A stretch of DNA of 64,000 nt from Candidatus Thorarchaeota archaeon (lineage in GTDB: Archaea > Asgardarchaeota > Thorarchaeia > Thorarchaeales > Thorarchaeaceae). Each line of letters starts with the position of its first letter. The first letter of the stretch is position 1. A program made the position numbers and the translations under genes. Positions 10,232-20,267 of this stretch are shown here, one piece after another. The stretch spans positions 1 through 64,000 of the forward strand of contig PRDI01000129.1 of the NCBI GenBank assembly GCA_003345595.1, read 5' to 3'. Below the pieces are notes generated by a model. It did not search any database. It was not told the DNA's origin and saw only the letters and a list, made by a program, of their open reading frames with translations.

Positions 10232-11407
10232 ATGCCAACGAAAAAAACCAGAGAAGCAGTCATAGTGGAAGCAGTCCGAACACCGATAGGCAAGAAGAAT
10301 GGGAGCTTCGCCAATGTCAGGCCTGACGAACTTGCTTCCCATGTTCTTAGAGAAGTTGTCAAGCGCACCAAGATTGATCCGGCAATTGTGGATGATGTCA
10401 TCATGGGCTGCAACACGCAGACAGCACAACAAGCCGCCAACATAGGACGATTGTCTGTCCTGGGTGCCGGTTTCCCATACACTGTGCCGGCATGTACGCT
10501 CAACCGAGCATGTGGATCTTCACAACAGGCAGTCAATTTCGGTGCCCAATCGATAATCACTCAGAATGCTGATGTCGTGATTGGAGCAGGTGTTGAACAC
10601 ATGACACTCCTGCCCATCGGCGCTGACTTCGGTGAGGGGTATGCTTCTTTCAATCCGAAACTGGTCGAGAAGTATCCACTAGTACCAATGACTATGAGCT
10701 CAGACATGATGGCTGAGAAGTACAGAATACCGAGGGAGGAACTTGACAAGTTCGCTCTCTGGAGCCACAAGAAGGCTGTTGCAGCGTGGGACGCGGGGAA
10801 GTTCGAGAAGGAAGTGGCACCGATGGAGGCGCCTCAGGCAGATGGCAGCACTGTGGTTGTAAAGAAGGACGACAGTCCCCGTCGTGAAACATCTCTTGAG
10901 AAGTTGGCCTCGCTACCAACACTTCACGGTGGGACCACGACAGCTGGTAATGCGTGTCCCATAAACGACGGAGCCGCAGCAGTCATGATGATGTCCAGAG
11001 AGAAAGCAGACGAACTTGGTCTCAGAGCCCGTGCTGTAATCCAGACCCAGGCTGTCCTTGGGGTTGAACCAGTAATATGCCTTGAAGGGCCAATCTTTGT
11101 CATACCCAAATGCCTCAAACGCGCAGGACTGACGCTGAGTGATATTGACCTCATGGAGATCAACGAGGCATTTGCGTCGGTAGTCATAGCTACAGGCAAA
11201 ACGCTTGGTTTTGATCCCCTGACTGACAGGCGCCTTGCTGTTCACGGAGGCTCGATTGCCTTGGGACATCCTCTCGGTGCTACCGGCGCCAGGCTGGTGA
11301 CAACCTTGCTCCACGCCTTAGAAGACCGAAAGCTAAGATATGGATTGGTTTCCATGTGCATTGGACTCGGACTAGGAACTGCGACAATCATCGAACGTGT
11401 GAAATAG
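10232..11407 (+). CDS. Acetyl-CoA C-acyltransferase (thiolase)
   Basis: RTPIGK, NRACGSS (catalytic Cys), NEAFA, GHPLGATG, CIGLGLG. Start at MPTKK (10232). Confidence 0.95.
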   Translation: MPTKKTREAVIVEAVRTPIGKKNGSFANVRPDELASHVLREVVKRTKIDPAIVDDVIMGCNTQTAQQAANIGRLSVLGAGFPYTVPACTLNRACGSSQQAVNFGAQSIITQNADVVIGAGVEHMTLLPIGADFGEGYASFNPKLVEKYPLVPMTMSSDMMAEKYRIPREELDKFALWSHKKAVAAWDAGKFEKEVAPMEAPQADGSTVVVKKDDSPRRETSLEKLASLPTLHGGTTTAGNACPINDGAAAVMMMSREKADELGLRARAVIQTQAVLGVEPVICLEGPIFVIPKCLKRAGLTLSDIDLMEINEAFASVVIATGKTLGFDPLTDRRLAVHGGSIALGHPLGATGARLVTTLLHALEDRKLRYGLVSMCIGLGLGTATIIERVK

Positions 11408-11472
11408 CAGAGTGTTCATGTGCGTATGTCCTCTATACGACATGCAAGTCGTAGTCGATAGGCGGCAATGGC

Positions 11473-12279
11473 ATGAACATCGAGAAAGCTGTTGCTTTCG
11501 TGACGGCCAGAGGCAATCCAATCGAGATTGCTCGAATGTCATCCATACTATGGAATCAGAAGAGCAGCCGTTCAGCGATGACTAGACTTTCCAGGATGCA
11601 GAATGAAGATGGAGGATACTCTCTGGAGCAAGGCGGCCCCAGCACAGTCTATGACACGATAAGTGTGATTCCGTGGCTGGACGACCTGCAACTACGCAGT
11701 GGCCCTCTTGTCGATATGGCATTCAGGTTTCTGCTGAAGTATAGACAGACGGACGGAGGTTGGGATGAGGTGGATGATCTCAAGGGGACAAACGCTCCGC
11801 CGTTTCTGATTCTTGGAGAAACAGAAACTAGACCATGGCTGACCGCATGCTGTGCCCACTGGTTTGTTCGCTTTGGTCGTGCCCAGCCGCTTGATGCCAA
11901 TGGACGCCCAATGGACTTCCTGCTCAAATCTTGGGAAACACCGGGAAGACTGAAAGGGCATCTTCGGGCAACTTGGCATGCTCTAGTCCTATTCGGATAC
12001 CACCCGGGGCAGGATTCTGGCGAGTACAAGGAAACCTTGACCGCGATCGAAAGAGAGCTTGCCCCCGACATTTGGGAAGGGTCTAGCCTAGCATGCTTAC
12101 TGTGTTGCTTCAGAGATGCGGGACTACTAGGGGACCACCCACTCGTGAAGAGAGCACTGGACGAACTAGCCAGAAAGCAGCGTCCCGACGGGAGCTGGTC
12201 TTCTGAAGGCGGCGAGAAGTTCGCTGTGAGCGCCACGATTGAAGCGCTACGCGTGCTCAAGCACTATGGCAGAGTCTAG
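11473..12279 (+). CDS. Prenyltransferase/squalene oxidase repeat (QW-repeat, alpha-alpha toroid) protein
   Basis: QNEDGGY, RQTDGGW and KQRPDGSW repeats. Confidence 0.75.
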   Translation: MNIEKAVAFVTARGNPIEIARMSSILWNQKSSRSAMTRLSRMQNEDGGYSLEQGGPSTVYDTISVIPWLDDLQLRSGPLVDMAFRFLLKYRQTDGGWDEVDDLKGTNAPPFLILGETETRPWLTACCAHWFVRFGRAQPLDANGRPMDFLLKSWETPGRLKGHLRATWHALVLFGYHPGQDSGEYKETLTAIERELAPDIWEGSSLACLLCCFRDAGLLGDHPLVKRALDELARKQRPDGSWSSEGGEKFAVSATIEALRVLKHYGRV

Positions 12280-12328
12280 AATGCCGGCATTCGGCTTGAC
12301 CGAGCCACAACTGACAAGTGCTAGTCAT

Positions 12329-12844
12329 GTGCGGCAGAAACAGGGTGCTGACACGAGAGAACTCCGCAGAAAGGAGAAAGCAATTACAGATCGGAATGAA
12401 ATGCTGTGGATTTTGGAGCACACACAGTACATCACGCTTGCAATGTGTGCTGACAACGAACCATACCTTGCGACCCTGAGCCACGGCTATGACAGAGAGA
12501 GGAACTGCATCTACTTTCATTGTGCGAGGGAGGGCAAGAAGATCGACGTCCTGTCAGTCAACAATGTCGTCTGGGGTCAAGCTCTAATCGACAAGGGCTA
12601 TGTTCAAGGCGCTTGTGACCATTTATACGCCACCGTGCATTTCAGAGGCAGGGTCACGTTTGTGGAGGATACGGAGGAGAAAGAACATGCACTCAGAATC
12701 ATGATACGTGCATTGGATGACGACCCATCAACAGTCATCAAGAAACAGCTCACTCCCCAGTCAGTTACCCGCGTCAACATAGGCCGAATCGATATCGATT
12801 ATATGACCGGAAAGAAGGCAGAGAAGGTAGTGATCTCACTATAG
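12329..12844 (+). CDS. Pyridoxamine 5'-phosphate oxidase-like (NimA-like) flavin-binding protein
   Basis: RRKEKAI, LAMC..NEPY, IYFHCAREGKK, MTGKK. Start uncertain. Confidence 0.85.
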   Translation: MRQKQGADTRELRRKEKAITDRNEMLWILEHTQYITLAMCADNEPYLATLSHGYDRERNCIYFHCAREGKKIDVLSVNNVVWGQALIDKGYVQGACDHLYATVHFRGRVTFVEDTEEKEHALRIMIRALDDDPSTVIKKQLTPQSVTRVNIGRIDIDYMTGKKAEKVVISL

Positions 12845-12952
12845 AGGACTGCTGTGAGTCTGTATCCACGGTCAGTCTTGTTCTGACATCGAGGTTCATG
12901 AACAGACCAAACAGGAGGGTCATGTTCATCTAGGTAAAGCAACTGACTTTGC

Positions 12953-13582
12953 TTGACTATGTTGTTTCTTGTTTCTGTCCTAGGGATGATGGCCGCGGTC
13001 CCAATTCACTTCTTGTCGGTCGAACACTCGAAACTGGAGGAAAGGTACGGGCAAGAGAAGGGAAGAACGGCTGGGAACATACTGGGCATGATATCGGGAT
13101 GGAGTTTCTTCAGTTTCTGGGTGGGAATATGGATATCCTCACAGCCGAGGTTTAGCATCCCGGTTCTTCCTGAATTCGTTGTGATTATCTCGATTAGTGG
13201 CCTGGCAATCCCCGTGGTCCACATCGTCCTTGGGCTTCCTCTCCTCTTCGTTGGAGCTTGGTTCGGGATTGCAGGCGTCAAGGAGATCACGCTCAAAGCC
13301 TCCGAAACTCATAGATCCGAGATAATCATAAAGACAGGGGTCTACTCGAATGTCAGACACCCGCAATATCTAGGCGGCATTGTTTCTCACTTGGGAGTCA
13401 CGCTCCTCCTGTGTGCTTGGTATGCTCTTCTTGTGACGCCACTGATTGTTTCACTGAACTATGCAGTTTCTTGGAAAGAAGAGAGGGAGCTTGCGAGGGA
13501 GTACGGCAACGAATACAGAGAGTACCAGAGGAGCGTGCCGATGATGGTGCCCCGAATCCGTGGTCACAAAGCAGGTCGCTGA
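12953..13582 (+). CDS. Isoprenylcysteine carboxyl methyltransferase / PEMT family membrane protein
   Basis: TM helices, TGVYSNVRHPQY, EEREL...YG.EY..Y...VP. Confidence 0.85.
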   Translation: MTMLFLVSVLGMMAAVPIHFLSVEHSKLEERYGQEKGRTAGNILGMISGWSFFSFWVGIWISSQPRFSIPVLPEFVVIISISGLAIPVVHIVLGLPLLFVGAWFGIAGVKEITLKASETHRSEIIIKTGVYSNVRHPQYLGGIVSHLGVTLLLCAWYALLVTPLIVSLNYAVSWKEERELAREYGNEYREYQRSVPMMVPRIRGHKAGR

Positions 13583-13753
13583 CACATCAAAGCCACGGGT
13601 GAGTGCAGTCGGAATCGTTGGTTTCCCGAACCGCACCAACCTGTCTGATGCAGTGCTAGATTACATCATCCTAAAACCTTCTGGATGCCAAGACCGACCA
13701 AAGCGATTCTTGGGGGACTCCTGTCATCCCGATTCCAGTAGGATGTGCAGTGC

Positions 13754-14167
13754 CTACTGGATTCCAAACTTCGTTGTAAGCTTGACGATAAGGAATATGA
13801 CAAATGCAATGATTATGAACGTGACAAGTTGGCCGAAGAAGTGACCTACGAGGAAAGGTCCAAAGGCTATATCCTCCCATTTCAAGCCCGGGGTGGCTAT
13901 CGTGATTATCGGCATAACAAGGTCAGCAACCAGTGCCTGTACAAGAGCACCCAGATAGATGGCGAGTATGAATGCTGTGGCCAATCCCATGACCTTGTAC
14001 GTCTTCAGGAAGTCTCTGAACTCTTCGAGAAGGTTCTTCTTCACTGGTGAGGGAGCAGGGGCTGCAGGTATGAACTGTCGCTCAAGCAACGCGTGTATGC
14101 TCTTTAGCTCACCAAGAACGGTCTTATCGTCCATCATTTCATCGCCGGAAGCACTCTTGTGACTCAT
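13754..14167 (-). CDS. mscL: Large-conductance mechanosensitive channel
   Basis: EEFRDFL, V.GLATAFIL, LVADLVMPII, GHFFGQLVTFIIIAFVIFLIVK. Confidence 0.9.
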   Translation of the reverse strand: MSHKSASGDEMMDDKTVLGELKSIHALLERQFIPAAPAPSPVKKNLLEEFRDFLKTYKVMGLATAFILAIYLGALVQALVADLVMPIITIATPGLKWEDIAFGPFLVGHFFGQLVTFIIIAFVIFLIVKLTTKFGIQ

Positions 14168-14217
14168 CTTAAACCACAAAAGGGGACCTGAATGAGCTTC
14201 AATATCAATCTAGCCGT

Positions 14218-15042
14218 ATGTATCAATGGCTAGTTGAGGATAGAGAACCCGTCATGACATTGCCTGTAGACCCTTGGTATCAGTCGATCTTTGTACGTCA
14301 TTCAGAACGACTCTACTCGAGCAGACCTGTTGCGGAGAAGGATCTGTCCGAGCTGGACAAGCTGTGCGAAGAGTTCCGACCATTCGCGGGTTCGCGAGCG
14401 AAGCTCGTCAGAAACCCGCTAGATGATGTCTTCAAAGGGATTGTTGGCTCCTATGGCAAGGTCAGGAATGCCCCACACTATGTCGCGTTCATTGGTGACA
14501 CCAACTCGCCAACCGTGGAGGAGGCTCTCGGCTACATGGGTGAAGGCATTATCCTTGAGGCAACGGCCCTAGGTCTCAACACATGTTGGGTGGCTGGCTT
14601 CTTCCGTCCTGAAAGAGTGATGGAGGAGATCGACGTTTCTAAGGATGAAGTAGTAATGGCAGTCACTCCAATCGGCTACGCAGAGGAGGAACATGACCGC
14701 ATTGAGTCGCTAAGATCTGGCCGTGAGAAGCCTCATAGACGTCATGAACTCGAAAGTCTGATCATGGAGAGTGGTCTTGCTCCGAAAGATTGGATGAGAA
14801 CGGGGCTCGAGGCCGCGAGATTGGCGCCATCTGCAGCGAACAGGCAGCCGTGGCGGTTCCGCCTCGGAGAAGATTCCGTGCTGATTGAGCATCTGAGGAC
14901 CAAGAACTACTTTCGTGTACCTTACCGCCTAGACTGTGGCATCGCAATGCTTCATTTCGAACTAGGGGCACTTGTCGCTGGTGCATCAGGCAACTGGACA
15001 GTGCTACAATCGCCAAGTGTTGCAGAGTACAGAATCGCTTAG
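14218..15042 (+). CDS. Nitroreductase family protein (TM1586-like, two-domain)
   Basis: RHSERLY, LGYMGE.IILEAT.LGLNTCW, ARLAPSAANRQPW, DCGIAMLHF. Confidence 0.88.
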   Translation: MYQWLVEDREPVMTLPVDPWYQSIFVRHSERLYSSRPVAEKDLSELDKLCEEFRPFAGSRAKLVRNPLDDVFKGIVGSYGKVRNAPHYVAFIGDTNSPTVEEALGYMGEGIILEATALGLNTCWVAGFFRPERVMEEIDVSKDEVVMAVTPIGYAEEEHDRIESLRSGREKPHRRHELESLIMESGLAPKDWMRTGLEAARLAPSAANRQPWRFRLGEDSVLIEHLRTKNYFRVPYRLDCGIAMLHFELGALVAGASGNWTVLQSPSVAEYRIA

Positions 15043-15130
15043 TCAACGGGGTTCATATCAATTTTCTTATAAGCAATCGCAAGACGGCGATGGTTGTGGG
15101 GTGACTCAAGTCATGTCACATGAGGTCGAG

Positions 15131-15394
15131 ATGGAAACTAGTGCGAGAATCCTGTCCATTGCTTCTCGATATATCATAGTCAGTGTGCTGGTGATTGCTA
15201 TCGGCGCTATCTGCATAGTCTACGCAGCGCTCATCTTCCTAGTTTCGGGCTCGGCGGGCTTGATATTCGAGGTAGCCGCAGGCATCTTCATGGGTGTAGC
15301 GTTCATCGCAATTGGACTATTCATAGGGGCATGGGGACTCTTCTGGATGCGGACTGAAGGAAGGAGACTCCGCAAGATGCTTGAAGCTAAGTAA
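15131..15394 (+). CDS. Small two-TM membrane protein (paralog A)
   Basis: GAGGT SD, two hydrophobic helices, WGLFW. Similar to the next ORF. Confidence 0.65.
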   Translation: METSARILSIASRYIIVSVLVIAIGAICIVYAALIFLVSGSAGLIFEVAAGIFMGVAFIAIGLFIGAWGLFWMRTEGRRLRKMLEAK

Positions 15395-15409
15395 CGGGAG
15401 GTTGCGATA

Positions 15410-15748
15410 ATGGCGAAAGATGATCGAGTGACACCGAGTGACGACAAGAAGACAGGACATGTGCCGAAACGCGATATTCCCACTTGGGAGCAGATAACCC
15501 AGAACGTATATGACCGAATCGAATGGTATGCCACCCGGTTCATAGTGATCTCGACTGTGGGTGTAGTGATTGGGTTCATTGCTCTCGTCTATGGAGCATT
15601 GGCGGTCGTATACTTTGAGCAGAACTTACAGGTGGCCAGCGTCTTTCTGGCAGCATTCGTGGGAATCGGAGCGCTCGTCGCGTCGGCCGTCCTGCTTGTT
15701 TGGGGCGTGTTCTGGCGCAAGAAGGTCGAAACGAGAAGCATCTTCTAG
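15410..15748 (+). CDS. Small two-TM membrane protein (paralog B)
   Basis: GGAGG SD, two hydrophobic helices, WGVFW. Confidence 0.7.
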   Translation: MAKDDRVTPSDDKKTGHVPKRDIPTWEQITQNVYDRIEWYATRFIVISTVGVVIGFIALVYGALAVVYFEQNLQVASVFLAAFVGIGALVASAVLLVWGVFWRKKVETRSIF

Positions 15749-15846
15749 TCTAACTCCATTTCAGTCAGGCATTGCTGAAGTGCCTGATTCCGACAAATGG
15801 GTGGTGGGGGCTACATAGCTCCCCGGTTTCTCTGTTTCGAATTCGT

Positions 15847-16638
15847 CTATGTCTTGGCTGCCCTGCGCCTACGAAGAAGAATCAGGGCGAAGAGAGAAAC
15901 GACTACGGCTAGCGCGGCCGTAACAGCAGTCGTCAGTATCACCAGACTGGCCATCTGTTTGACCGCTACGCCGACCACGGCCCAGACAAACACGAGGCCG
16001 AATGCGATGTCACTTCTCTTCATTATCATGAGGAGACTGATCACCAGAGCTACAACTATCACGACGGCGGTCCAGACCTCTTGAGTGGGCAATGGTATTC
16101 CAGGCACGAGTACGTTCAGCGCTGATGCAATATTGGCTATGATAGCCACCGAGATCCAGCCCAGATAGACGCTCACAGGCAGATGCACTGCGAGCCTTTG
16201 CTTCAAGGGAACCTCCCTGATTCCTACCCCAAGTCGTACGTACATCATGAGCAATGACAATAAGAGTACCGTCATTGGCAGAATAGAAAGGAGGAAGAGT
16301 GATGGTACACCGTAGGAGTAGTGGAACAGGACCAGCCAAGTGATGTTGGCGATTGCAGCCAGAAGATGCAGGAAGCCTATCTGTGCAAGGTAGCCCTGAC
16401 CACGCTGGTTGGCCCTTGCCTGATAAATCATGAATGTCACTAGGAGCACATAGATGACGCCCCATATTGTAAACACATAGCCCGACGGCGTGAACAGGTT
16501 AGGATAGGAGTCGGAAACCTTACCAGTGAACACCCCATTCAAGGGAAGAATGTTTGCGAGCAGGTTGACAAGGATTGTGGCGAATATCGCTAGCACGTTT
16601 GCAGCCTGCAAAACTACCGGACTTGTTCTGGATGCCAT
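15847..16638 (-). CDS. TspO-like tryptophan-rich membrane protein
   Basis: NLLANILPLNG, VSDSYPNLFTPSGYVFTIWGVIY, SVYLGWISVA. Start at MASRT. Confidence 0.8.
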   Translation of the reverse strand: MASRTSPVVLQAANVLAIFATILVNLLANILPLNGVFTGKVSDSYPNLFTPSGYVFTIWGVIYVLLVTFMIYQARANQRGQGYLAQIGFLHLLAAIANITWLVLFHYSYGVPSLFLLSILPMTVLLLSLLMMYVRLGVGIREVPLKQRLAVHLPVSVYLGWISVAIIANIASALNVLVPGIPLPTQEVWTAVVIVVALVISLLMIMKRSDIAFGLVFVWAVVGVAVKQMASLVILTTAVTAALAVVVSLFALILLRRRRAAKT

Positions 16639-16838
16639 GATGTTAACAATTGTGAACAGTGTTATAAATCTTCCGCAATTCCTCTGTATTGGTGAACCCG
16701 ATTCACACTGCACTCGTAGAATCTGACGTATTCACTAGACTGCCTTGATTGGCGCCCCACTGTCATCATCTTCATCTTTGTATTCTCTGAAGCCGTGACG
16801 ATGCCTTAGGATGTCTGTTCCTCCTCTGTTGTATCCGA

Positions 16839-17831
16839 TTACGACCTGTGGTACTTGAATGCAACAGCGGCAATCAGCACTACTGTCAGCGCCAAACCAG
16901 TAGTCAGCAAGAAGCTAGTATCAAGAATACTGCCATCTGGTGTCGTGGTGGTTGTCGAGGAAGTGGTGCCGTCCGTGTTTTGTGGGACCCATCCACTCAG
17001 TGCCGCAACCATCCACCAGAATGCGCGGCCTTTCTGCTCGCAGCTGGTATACGTTGTGTGACCTGCTTGGTCGCCATGGAAGTCCTCATGCTCGACTGGG
17101 ATGTAGTAGTCCCCGTAGACATAGGTACTCTGTTCACCGTCGCTCCAGGCATCGAGATCTTCGAAGTCAAACAGGACCTTGTCATTTGTCATGCAATACT
17201 GACGAATCTGCTCGTTCCTCAGCCACCTGTTGTAACCTTCATCTCCAGTGGACTGAGCGTTGCAGGTCATGTACACGAAAATCACATTGGGATTTGCCGT
17301 TTCCAGTGAAGACATCGCATCAAGATAGCTCTGGGTCTCAGCCTCACCATACCAGTACAGCTGAGTGCACCATGACCATATGGAAACGGTTAGTGTGGGG
17401 TTCTCATCAAGTGTGTTCTGAGTGGTGGCAAGACCATCAGATGTTTCCCAGTACAGGTCTGGGGTGATGTAAGACTCAGGGGGATTGCCGTCAAGCATGG
17501 ACAGAGCACCGGACTCTATTGGCAAGTATCGATCGCCTTGAACCTGACTGAAAGTGGAGTTGGAATCCTCGATCAGATCAAGACCTGTGGTGATCTGACC
17601 GCCATGGCTTGTGTGCGCGTAGTGAACTTTCACATCTGACTTAGCAGCCTCTATCCACTCTGCAGGAATCGCATTCAAGTCTGTGCAGGTGTGGTCTATG
17701 ATGAGCCCACCCGACCAGTGAGCAGGAACCCTTCCCGACGTTGCACAGGGCACTTCAGAAGACACCGGGCAAACCTGCAGAAGCAGAAGAAAGATGGAGA
17801 ACAGTATGGCTAGATCAGCTTGGCGCGGCAT
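16839..17831 (-). CDS. Secreted, C-terminally anchored hypothetical protein
   Basis: Signal peptide, globular domain (HYAHTSHGGQI), Thr-rich linker, C-terminal TM and basic tail. Confidence 0.75.
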   Translation of the reverse strand: MPRQADLAILFSIFLLLLQVCPVSSEVPCATSGRVPAHWSGGLIIDHTCTDLNAIPAEWIEAAKSDVKVHYAHTSHGGQITTGLDLIEDSNSTFSQVQGDRYLPIESGALSMLDGNPPESYITPDLYWETSDGLATTQNTLDENPTLTVSIWSWCTQLYWYGEAETQSYLDAMSSLETANPNVIFVYMTCNAQSTGDEGYNRWLRNEQIRQYCMTNDKVLFDFEDLDAWSDGEQSTYVYGDYYIPVEHEDFHGDQAGHTTYTSCEQKGRAFWWMVAALSGWVPQNTDGTTSSTTTTTPDGSILDTSFLLTTGLALTVVLIAAVAFKYHRS

Positions 17832-17948
17832 GTTTCATCCTCCAAGATTGCCGGCAATCTCTTTGGTCGAGAGTAAAAGCCTTTTCTCGCGCCAAGCTGC
17901 GACCCACACCGCTATAACGACAATCACATCATCCGTGTTCAAGAAGTC

Positions 17949-18767
17949 ATGGGTGAGCGGACTGAAACTGTGTTCGTATCATGCTCGACTATTGGCGGCA
18001 TAAGATCAGGAGCAGTGCCAGAGCTGTTCCTCGTAGACCAAATCCGCACGCTGCTGAGAGTCCATGATGCCGGCTATCGTTACGTCGAAATGATCTATAA
18101 CGACCAACCAGAATGGGTTGGCAAGACAATAGTGGAAGCGTTGAGTGAGCTCTCGCTTGAACCATATTCAATACACTTGCCGAAGTTCATCTTCTCCTAC
18201 AGTGACGACGAGTTCACGGCGTTCAATGTCGCAGCCTACCCCTTTATCGAGAAGCTGGGAATCAAGGTCGCCGTCCTGCACCCGCCCGACCCATCACAGA
18301 TCATGAACACAGACTGGTCGAAGAGATTCGACATGCTCCTAGAGCTTTCGGAGAAGGCTCACTGCAGACTGACACTCGAGAACATGCCGTATCTTCCCAA
18401 TGTGAATCAGTTCATCTTGGATCGCATATCGGAGAACAGCTCCACCTCCCTTGGTGTCACAGTTGACCTGGAGTACATGAGATACAATCGGTCTGACATT
18501 GGCGAACTAATCAAGATGTTTGGAGAACGTCTGCTGAATGTTCACTTCCGTGACGGCGATGGTAATCTCGTGGACGGTGAGGGCCACAGGAGATACCTGC
18601 TTCCGGGCTCAGGAGACATCGACCTGCTTGGTGTGCTCCGAATGCTCCATCGTTCTGGATATAATGGAGTACTGACCATCGAGGTTTCCCACAGACAGAG
18701 GGACAACATCGTCAAGGCCAAGGCGTTTCTTGAAGACAGTCTCAGAGGCATTGGGGTCCAGTTGTAA
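17949..18767 (+). CDS. Sugar phosphate isomerase/epimerase (AP endonuclease 2-type TIM barrel)
   Basis: SIHLP, VLHP, LTLENMP, VDLEY, NVHFRD, PGSGDID, LTIEV. Confidence 0.82.
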   Translation: MGERTETVFVSCSTIGGIRSGAVPELFLVDQIRTLLRVHDAGYRYVEMIYNDQPEWVGKTIVEALSELSLEPYSIHLPKFIFSYSDDEFTAFNVAAYPFIEKLGIKVAVLHPPDPSQIMNTDWSKRFDMLLELSEKAHCRLTLENMPYLPNVNQFILDRISENSSTSLGVTVDLEYMRYNRSDIGELIKMFGERLLNVHFRDGDGNLVDGEGHRRYLLPGSGDIDLLGVLRMLHRSGYNGVLTIEVSHRQRDNIVKAKAFLEDSLRGIGVQL

Positions 18768-19080
18768 GGAAGCAATTAGAAGTCCAATCCCTCTCAGGCG
18801 GACTGCCCCATGCGGTTGATTCGATTGAATACTGCAAGCAGGACAACGGCCGCACTGCCGCCTAGGAGCAGCGAATTATACAGTATTGCCAGGATTCGGC
18901 AGCCGCCATCGCCAGAAGCCACGTCAGTGTTGATGAAGTTGATGCAGACCGGTATTCATCATACAAGACCCAAAGTAGGACGTCGGTCCGAAATCTCAGA
19001 TCATGTGATAAGCAGCGAAAGCGATGCAAAAAGGGTAAATCACCGAACTCACAGGACCTTACTGGACAGAGACGATTGAT

Positions 19081-19446
19081 GTGACAGAGGAAGTAACCGG
19101 GCAGCTATCCAAGGACGAACTTCGGCAGCTAAGAAGACTGAAAATGGTTAAGGAGTTCCTTGATGAGTTGAAGAGGAGGGGAATCTCTGCGGACTTGCCC
19201 GTGTGCCCTGTGTGCAAGAGCCCTCGTATTGTCGATATGACCTCGTTTCAAGACCTAGGGTACATTGGGAGCTTTCAGCCCGCCTATTATTGCCTTGATT
19301 GTGGTTGGTATGGAAGAACCTTGGCTGTCATGAGCAACCGGCCTGAGAATGATGCTGTATCCGAGGACCTCAGAGAGGCATTCCCGTCACTCCGAGAGGA
19401 AACTCCTGAAGAAGAATATCCCGAGGACGACGAGGAGCCTTCTTAG
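19081..19446 (+). CDS. Zn-ribbon protein with acidic tail
   Basis: CPVCKS...YYCLDCGWYG and a D/E-rich C-terminus. Confidence 0.7.
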   Translation: MTEEVTGQLSKDELRQLRRLKMVKEFLDELKRRGISADLPVCPVCKSPRIVDMTSFQDLGYIGSFQPAYYCLDCGWYGRTLAVMSNRPENDAVSEDLREAFPSLREETPEEEYPEDDEEPS

Positions 19447-19514
19447 AAACTCCAGCAGCCTGTAGACCCAGACGACGCCCATAGCAAGTTGGTGCTGTCA
19501 GGTATTCCATGATT

Positions 19515-20189
19515 CTACTTCCACGTTCCGCTTGCGTACCAATCACATAGAGTAGACAGGAAACACTCTGAGCACAGAGGATTGCGGGCCCGACAGACTC
19601 GCCTCCCATGGAGAACTAGATTGTGGTTTAGGGAGCAGAGGCAATGCGCGGGTATGATGCTTTCAAGCATAGGCTGTGCATTCTCCCGCGAAACCTTGAG
19701 GGGGACCAGACCGAGTCGTCGTGTCACACGCCAGACGTGAGTGTCGACGGGCAGCGTGGGCCGTCCGAATGAGAAGAGTAGCACAATCGCTGCGGTCTTG
19801 GGTCCAACCCCGTGCAGTGATGTGAGCCATTGAGCCGCATCGTCAGTCGCCATATCACTCAACAACGAGAGATCCAGATCCCCCACTCTTCGCTGTATCT
19901 CTGAGAGAGCGGCCTTGATGCGTTTTGCCTTCAGCTTGTAGTACCCTGACGACCTTATCACCCGTGCCATTTCATCCTCTGGTGCCGACATCACTTCTTC
20001 CCAAGTCGGGTAGGTCGTCCTTAGGTTGTCATACGCTCTCTGAGAATTCACGTCAGTCGTGTTTTGGCTCAAGATTGTCATAACGAGCTCATCGATTGGC
20101 GGACTGGCCTGCTCTACAACTGTGTCGCCGTAGTTCTGCTGTAGCAGTCTGCATATGTGAGTAGCCTTCTTGCGGGCAGCATCATCCAA
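19515..20189 (-). CDS. nth: Endonuclease III (HhH-GPD, 4Fe-4S)
   Basis: ILSQNTTD, LHGVGPKTA, PVDTHV, C.ARNP.C..C.L...C. Confidence 0.92.
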   Translation of the reverse strand: MDDAARKKATHICRLLQQNYGDTVVEQASPPIDELVMTILSQNTTDVNSQRAYDNLRTTYPTWEEVMSAPEDEMARVIRSSGYYKLKAKRIKAALSEIQRRVGDLDLSLLSDMATDDAAQWLTSLHGVGPKTAAIVLLFSFGRPTLPVDTHVWRVTRRLGLVPLKVSRENAQPMLESIIPAHCLCSLNHNLVLHGRRVCRARNPLCSECFLSTLCDWYASGTWK

Positions 20190-20267
20190 GGCTCGTGAAC
20201 CACCTGTTCCTTGGTTTGCGACTTGTTTGAGAACACTTTTCTGTTGGTTGGTCTAGCACTCCTGCAG

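Noticed and set aside
8306-11314. Long antisense ORFs over the beta-oxidation genes, and similar ones elsewhere
   Set aside because: Shadow frames of well-supported genes.
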